NCBI GenBank assembly: GCA_040877415.1
Contig: JBBDNV010000140.1
Span: forward strand, 6,157 to 70,156
Direction: 5' to 3'
DNA length: 64,000 nt
Source: Pirellulales bacterium
GTDB taxonomy: Bacteria > Planctomycetota > Planctomycetia > Pirellulales > PALSA-1355
Part shown: in pieces, positions 58,942 to 64,000 of the stretch
Layout of the letters: each line of letters begins with the position of its first letter
How positions within the stretch are numbered: position 1 is the stretch's first letter
Translations under genes and position numbers: made by a program
The notes under the pieces: generated by a model
Databases searched by the model: none
What the model saw: the letters and a program-made list of their open reading frames with translations, nothing else
Told to the model about the DNA's origin: nothing

Positions 58942-60834
58942 ATGAAATTCCGCTGCGCGGCGTCGTTGCTGGCTCTGGTTGTCGGGGTCGAAGCCCCGGC
59001 TCAGGTCCCGGTTTCCGACGATCCCACGGCCGTTTTCGTGATGAAGGCCGACGGTAGCGACGTGCGCAAGGTGGCGCAGGTCGAAGGTTACGAGGACCAC
59101 GAAGCGCCGCGCTGGTCGCACGATGGCAAGCGCTTGGTGTTCGATGCCCGCAACCGAGCCACCCGAGAGCGATCGTGTTTCGCGGTCGGCGCCGATGGCA
59201 CCGGACTGGCCGAGGTTGCCAAAGGACGCTTTGCCGACTGGTCGCCGGACGACAGGCAAATCGCGTTTCAGGTCGATGGCGCCGACGGTTCCTCGGAGAT
59301 CTATGTTCAAAACCTCGACGGCCAGGGGCTGGCGAAGATTGCCGAGGGCCGCAGTCCGCGCTGGTCCCTCGACGGCAGCGTCCTGGTCCACTCCGACCGG
59401 ACCATGCTCCGCGCGGTGGACCTGCTCAGCAACGAGGCCACGGCCCTGTTGCCGGCGCCGGTCGTCAAGGTCTTCGACGGTTTCGCCTGGTCGCCCGATG
59501 GCAAGGGCATGGCCGTCGTCGTCCGGCCCGCCGAGGGCGCCCACCGGCAGCTTCTGTTCGTGAACCCGGCGGCCGACAATCGGGGTGTTGCGCCGCGGCT
59601 GACGAACGAAATGGGCGGCTTCATCTCCTACTCGCCGGACGGCAAGCAGTTGATCTTCAGCGATGCAATGCAAATTCGCATCGTCGACGTCGCCGGCGAC
59701 GCCCCGGCCCGCAAGGTTGCCGGCCAGGTGGGATTGAATCGGCATCCGGCCTTCTCGCCCGACGCAAAATGGATCGCCTTCAGCGGCTCGCGCCGAATGC
59801 CACAGTCCGCGCCGCCGAAACCCGCTGCCACGGCCGGCGGCAAGGTACTCGAGGAGCTGCGGCGGCACAACAAGCGAACCATCGTCTACAGCCTGGACTT
59901 TACGCCCGATGGCCGCCGGGTCGTGATGGGAGGCGATCCGCTGAACACCGGCGTCCAGGTCTGGGATTTGACCACCGGTGAAACCCGCGAGCTCGGCGGT
60001 CGCGGAATTCACGTCAATATGTTTCCCGACGGTCGGCGCTTCGCCACGGCCTGGCTTTTCCCGGTCGCTCAAATCGTCGACCTCGAATCGGGCAAGGTCT
60101 TGCGACAACTCGACCACGGCAACACAATTTGGGCCTTCCGCCTGTCGCGCGACGGCCGCAGGCTGCTCACCGGCGGGCTCGACAAGGTGATTCGCATCTG
60201 GGATGTCGAAACCGGCGAACAGCTTTTGGCCCTCGACCCGCACCCCGATTGGATCACCCGGGCCACGTTTTCGCCCGACGGCAAGGAAGTGATCACCGGC
60301 TGCCACGACCGATCGCTCCGCGTTTGGGACGCGGAAACCGGCAAACAGCGCCTGGCCATCGAGCATCCCGCCGCGCTGTGGGGATTGGCCGTCTCGCCCG
60401 ACGGGCGACACATTCTCACCGGTACCGGCGGCAGTCTCGCCGGCAGCCTGACCGCGCTCAATATTGCCGAAGGCGACGACAATGTGCTGCGCGTGTGGGA
60501 TCGGGAAACCGGCAAGCTGGTCCGCGAAATGAAGGGGCACAAGGGCGTCGTGTTTTCTATCGACGTTTCGCCCGATGGCCGACTGGCCGTCAGCGGCAGT
60601 TCGGATGGCACGATGCGTTTGTGGGATTTAGCCACCGGCAACGAGTTGAGCAATGTCGGGCCAGGGAAGGGGGCCGTGGCCTGCGTGGCCTTTTCGCCCG
60701 ACAGCAAACTGATCGTCGCCGGCGGCGGCGTGGCCCGCGTGGCCGGCCAGATGGTCGAGTTCCCCAACGAGCAGATCCGCGTTTACAAAGTCGTCGACGC
60801 GCCCGGCCCCACCGCCAAGTCCGGCAAATTGTGA
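58942..60834 (+). CDS. Secreted PD40 (TolB-like) beta-propeller plus WD40 beta-propeller protein, paralog 1
   Basis: Signal peptide. Repeated PRWSHDGKRL / DWSPDDRQIAF / FAWSPDGK / PAFSPDAK blades, then WD40 units (IRIWDVETGE, LRVWDAETGK, MRLWDLATGN). Confidence 0.8.
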   Translation: MKFRCAASLLALVVGVEAPAQVPVSDDPTAVFVMKADGSDVRKVAQVEGYEDHEAPRWSHDGKRLVFDARNRATRERSCFAVGADGTGLAEVAKGRFADWSPDDRQIAFQVDGADGSSEIYVQNLDGQGLAKIAEGRSPRWSLDGSVLVHSDRTMLRAVDLLSNEATALLPAPVVKVFDGFAWSPDGKGMAVVVRPAEGAHRQLLFVNPAADNRGVAPRLTNEMGGFISYSPDGKQLIFSDAMQIRIVDVAGDAPARKVAGQVGLNRHPAFSPDAKWIAFSGSRRMPQSAPPKPAATAGGKVLEELRRHNKRTIVYSLDFTPDGRRVVMGGDPLNTGVQVWDLTTGETRELGGRGIHVNMFPDGRRFATAWLFPVAQIVDLESGKVLRQLDHGNTIWAFRLSRDGRRLLTGGLDKVIRIWDVETGEQLLALDPHPDWITRATFSPDGKEVITGCHDRSLRVWDAETGKQRLAIEHPAALWGLAVSPDGRHILTGTGGSLAGSLTALNIAEGDDNVLRVWDRETGKLVREMKGHKGVVFSIDVSPDGRLAVSGSSDGTMRLWDLATGNELSNVGPGKGAVACVAFSPDSKLIVAGGGVARVAGQMVEFPNEQIRVYKVVDAPGPTAKSGKL

Positions 60835-60878
60835 GCCGCGTTATACCTCCACATTCGCGAAACCCCAGATCACACGCG

Positions 60879-62807
60879 ATGCGATTGATACATCAACAAC
60901 GGCCAAACACTCGCTCGCTGGCGGCCGCGCTTCTATCGGGCTGTGTTTTGATTGCCGGTGCGGTCCGCGCCGATGAAACGATGCCGCGAGCACTGTACGT
61001 CATGCGGCCCGATGGCTCTGACGTGCGGCACGTCGTCAGCGTCGAGGGCTTCGCGGCCTGCGCTTCGCCACGCTGGTCGCACGACGGCCAGCGGCTGGTG
61101 TTCGACGCCGATAGCGGCAAGCCCGAGGGAAATCGGCTGTTTATGGCCGGCGCCGACGGCAAAGAGCTGGTGGCCGTCGGGCCGGGTTCGCAGGCCGACT
61201 GGTCGCCCGACGACAAGCAATTCGCATTCTCGGGCGGAGGCAAAACGTCGCTGAAGCCAGGCATTTGGGTCCAGAACGTCAACGGCCGCGCAGTCCAATG
61301 GCTCGCGCCCGGCAGCGGCCCGCGCTGGAGTCCCGACGGCAGTCAAATCGCGCTCGTGGCCGACGGCCTGCTTCACGTTCTCGACCAGATCGACTCGAGC
61401 CGGCGGGCCATGTTCGATGCGGGCGACAAGATCACCGACGTCCGGCCCGGCTTCGCCTGGTCGCCCGATGGCACGCAATTGGCCGCCGCGGTCAAGCGCG
61501 ACGGCGCGTGGGAAGTCGTAATCGTCAGCGCCGACGGATCCAAGTCGGGCTTGCGCACCCGCTTGAAAGCCAAAGCGGACAGCCTGTCCTGGTCGCCCAA
61601 CGGCAAGACGCTGGCCGCAGCTTTGTGGAATGAAAAGGCGCGCGAGCACCGGCTGCATTTGCTCGATGTCGATGGCGACGCACCGCGAGAAATCCCCGGT
61701 CAGCAGGGAGACAACCGCGAGCCGGCCTGGTCGCCCGACGGCAAGCAGTTGGCATTTGCCAGCTCGCGCCCAGCCGGCGATCTTCGACCCGCGACCGTGA
61801 CACCACCGGCCGTGAAACTCGAACAGATCGCCGCCTTCGACTGCGGCGGCACGTGCTACAGCCTGGCTTTGGCCCCCGATGGGCGCACGGCCCTCTTGGG
61901 CGCCAACATGGGCAACCGTCGACTCCAGGTGTGGGACGTTCACACGCAGGTTGTCGAACGCGCGATTCCCATGCTGGGCATCTTCGTGGCCGTTTCTCCC
62001 GACGGCAAACATGCCGCCTGCACCGAGCGCTTCAAAAAGGCCGTCACGTTGTTCAATCTCGAGGACGGCCAGCCGATCCGCGACCTGTCTTCGGCCGCGC
62101 CAATCTGGTTCGTCGAGTTTTCCGCCGGCGGTTCCCGGCTGGTGTGCGGCGCGCAGGACGGCACGGCGACGGTGTTCGACGTCAGGACCGGTAAGGAATT
62201 GGTGCGGCTGACACACAAGGGCCGAGTGGCCACCGGGGCCCTTTCGCCCGACGGCAGCATCGTGGCCGTCTCGGCGGCCGACAACAAGGTGCACGTGTGG
62301 GACGTGGCCGGCGCCAAGGAAACGCGCCAGCTCGACCATCCGGACCTCGTGTGGTGCGTGGCCTTCTCGCCCGACGGGCGCTTGATCGCAACCGGCACCG
62401 GCGCCACGCCGACGGGCGACGTCGCCGCGCAGCGCGTGCCGGCGGGCGACGACAACGCGGTGCGTCTGTGGGACGCGGCCTCCGGCAGGCTGGTGCGCGA
62501 GTTGAAGGGGCACGGCCACGCCGTCGCCAGCGTCGCCTTTTCGCCCGACAGCCGACGGCTGGCCACCGGCAGTTTCGACGGCACGTTGCGGCTGTGGGAC
62601 GTCGAGCGCGGAACCGAGCTTTGCCGCGCATCCGGCAAAAGCTGGATCTTCAAGGTTGTCTATTCCCCCGACGCCGAGTTGATTCTGGCCTCCGGCGGAA
62701 ACGCGCGCGAAAAGATGTCGGACCGGCGCCTTGTGGACTACCCGGCCGAACGCGTGCGCGTGTTCAAGATCGCACCCCTCGACGAGACGAAACGAGACGG
62801 CGGATGA
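60879..62807 (+). CDS. Secreted PD40 plus WD40 beta-propeller protein, paralog 2
   Basis: ATG at 60879 inside track ORF 60129..62807. Same architecture and blade motifs as paralog 1 (PRWSHDGQRL, DWSPDDKQFAF, PAWSPDGKQLAF; VHVWDVAGAK, LRLWDVERGT). Confidence 0.8.
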   Translation: MRLIHQQRPNTRSLAAALLSGCVLIAGAVRADETMPRALYVMRPDGSDVRHVVSVEGFAACASPRWSHDGQRLVFDADSGKPEGNRLFMAGADGKELVAVGPGSQADWSPDDKQFAFSGGGKTSLKPGIWVQNVNGRAVQWLAPGSGPRWSPDGSQIALVADGLLHVLDQIDSSRRAMFDAGDKITDVRPGFAWSPDGTQLAAAVKRDGAWEVVIVSADGSKSGLRTRLKAKADSLSWSPNGKTLAAALWNEKAREHRLHLLDVDGDAPREIPGQQGDNREPAWSPDGKQLAFASSRPAGDLRPATVTPPAVKLEQIAAFDCGGTCYSLALAPDGRTALLGANMGNRRLQVWDVHTQVVERAIPMLGIFVAVSPDGKHAACTERFKKAVTLFNLEDGQPIRDLSSAAPIWFVEFSAGGSRLVCGAQDGTATVFDVRTGKELVRLTHKGRVATGALSPDGSIVAVSAADNKVHVWDVAGAKETRQLDHPDLVWCVAFSPDGRLIATGTGATPTGDVAAQRVPAGDDNAVRLWDAASGRLVRELKGHGHAVASVAFSPDSRRLATGSFDGTLRLWDVERGTELCRASGKSWIFKVVYSPDAELILASGGNAREKMSDRRLVDYPAERVRVFKIAPLDETKRDGG

Positions 62808-63664
62808 AGGCACGATCGATCGGGGTTCTCGCGATTGTTCACAGCCTGCTGGCCGCGGCCGCCTGCGCTCTGGACCGCCAGGTGCCGTGGGGCATCTTCG
62901 TGATGAACCGCGACGGCTCCATGGTGCGGCGAGTCGTCCACATCGAAGCCTTTCCCGGGCTTGCCGCGCCGCGCTGGTCGCATGACGGCCGCCGGCTCGT
63001 CTTCGAAGCCCGCGGTACGCAGCCGGGACGCGCCCTGGTCATCGACGCCGATGGCCGCAACCTGCTAGACCTGGGCGCCGGCGCCGTGCCCGACTGGTCG
63101 CCAGACGACAAGCAAGTCATCTTCGAAGTGCCCACCGCCGGCCGCACGACGGTCTGGGTGCAAAACGCCGACGGCAAGGGAAACAGTTGGCTGTCGGCGG
63201 GCACCGCTCCGCGCTGGTCGCCCGACGGAAGCCAAATCGCCATCTGCGCGCCGCTGCGAGTTTTGGACGTCGTCAGCGGCGAGTATCAGAACGTGTTCGT
63301 CGAGACGGACAACGTCGACGAGACCACGGGCTGCGACTGGTCGCCCGATGGCAAGCGGCTGGCCGCCGTGGTAAAGCGGGGAGACGGCCGCGAGCTGGTT
63401 TTGACCAGCGCCAAACGTGGAGCCCGCGCCTTGCAGGTGCGCTTGCGGGCTCAACTTGACGGTGCTCCCGCCTGGTCGCCCGACGGCAAGCAGTTTGCCG
63501 TGACGATCTACGATCCGAAGCTCAAAGCGCGGCGGATCCACGTGCTGGAGGTCGACGGGGACGATCCGCCCGTGCTGATTCCCGGCCAGGAAGGTGACAA
63601 TCGCGACCCGGCCTGGTCGCCCGACGGCCAGCAATTGGCCTTTTCCGGCACGCGGCCGCCGTAG
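62804..63664 (+). CDS. Secreted PD40 (TolB-like) beta-propeller protein, paralog 3 (no WD40 domain)
   Basis: The ATG at 62804 overlaps the paralog 2 stop (ATGA). PRWSHDGRRL, DWSPDDKQVIF, PRWSPDGSQIA, CDWSPDGKRLA, PAWSPDGKQFA and PAWSPDGQQLAF. Confidence 0.75.
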   Translation: MKARSIGVLAIVHSLLAAAACALDRQVPWGIFVMNRDGSMVRRVVHIEAFPGLAAPRWSHDGRRLVFEARGTQPGRALVIDADGRNLLDLGAGAVPDWSPDDKQVIFEVPTAGRTTVWVQNADGKGNSWLSAGTAPRWSPDGSQIAICAPLRVLDVVSGEYQNVFVETDNVDETTGCDWSPDGKRLAAVVKRGDGRELVLTSAKRGARALQVRLRAQLDGAPAWSPDGKQFAVTIYDPKLKARRIHVLEVDGDDPPVLIPGQEGDNRDPAWSPDGQQLAFSGTRPP

Positions 63665-63800
63665 GACAATCGACCGTCGAGGACAGCAACCTTGGTTTCA
63701 CGCGCCCGCCGACCGAACGTGACACAAACGCCGAAGCACAAAGAGGAGTTGTTGACATGATTGCCCGTCGCTGCGCTCTCGCCGCGCAAGGGAGGCGGTG

Positions 63801-64000
63801 ATGCCGATGATGTCGACGAACTATACAGCGCGTCTGTGTCTCGTGGTTGCCGTGCTAGCCTCGTGCGTCGGGTGCGATCAGCTCACCAAGCGCATCGCGC
63901 GCGAGCGTCTGGAAGGCTCGCCGCCGCGCAGCTTTTTCGCCGACACCGTGCGGTTGATCTACGCCGAAAACCCGGGCGCTTTTCTGGGCCTGGGCGGCCA
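63801..64000 (+). CDS. lspA: Lipoprotein signal peptidase (signal peptidase II); the 3' end is cut by the window edge
   Basis: My translation is MPMMSTNYTARLCLVVAVLASCVGCDQLTKRIARERL...YAENPGAFLGLGG. DQxTK and N-x-GAxF are LspA N-terminal signatures. The frame is open to the window end. Confidence 0.55.
   Translation, partial: MPMMSTNYTARLCLVVAVLASCVGCDQLTKRIARERLEGSPPRSFFADTVRLIYAENPGAFLGLGG

Overview
The window is visibly GC-rich, with codon third positions almost all G/C, and it is densely coding. I can support about 60 protein genes. I found no rRNA, tRNA, CRISPR array, transposase, integrase or prophage gene. Most genes are core housekeeping: aroDE-aroK, hisH, polA, coaE, rho, ribH, nusB, ftsY, tatC, rluB, pyrK, rpsT, cobA/hemD, coaD, trpE, eno, surE, guaA, ettA, efp and proC. 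Positions 1-15 kb form one long co-directional plus-strand run.

Several features point to a Planctomycetota (Pirellulales-like) genome, but this is inference, not proof. They are two PEP-CTERM sorting-tail proteins, Cys-rich outer-membrane barrels, a BlaI/BlaR1 pair with a HEAT-repeat tail, TPR proteins, an McsA/McsB pair and signal-peptide PD40/WD40 proteins.

I did not find a clear new multi-gene system such as a defence island or secretion apparatus. These observations seem most worth a second look:
- At least six sequence families of GC-rich palindromic (REP-like) elements sit directly after stop codons. One is a 335-bp nested palindrome that looks like one element inserted into the arm of another. 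One family brackets the enolase gene.
- Three tandem paralogs encode secreted PD40 (TolB-like) propellers. Two carry a C-terminal WD40 propeller, and the second and third genes overlap by ATGA.
- A perfect sigma-54 -24/-12 element lies about 300 nt upstream of an orphan P-II gene, with a terminator-like hairpin in the leader.
- Candidate operator/promoter architectures precede the blaI-blaR1 and gntR-ABC operons.

Gene starts were chosen by eye from the Shine-Dalgarno context and from where homology begins, so they may be off by a few codons.
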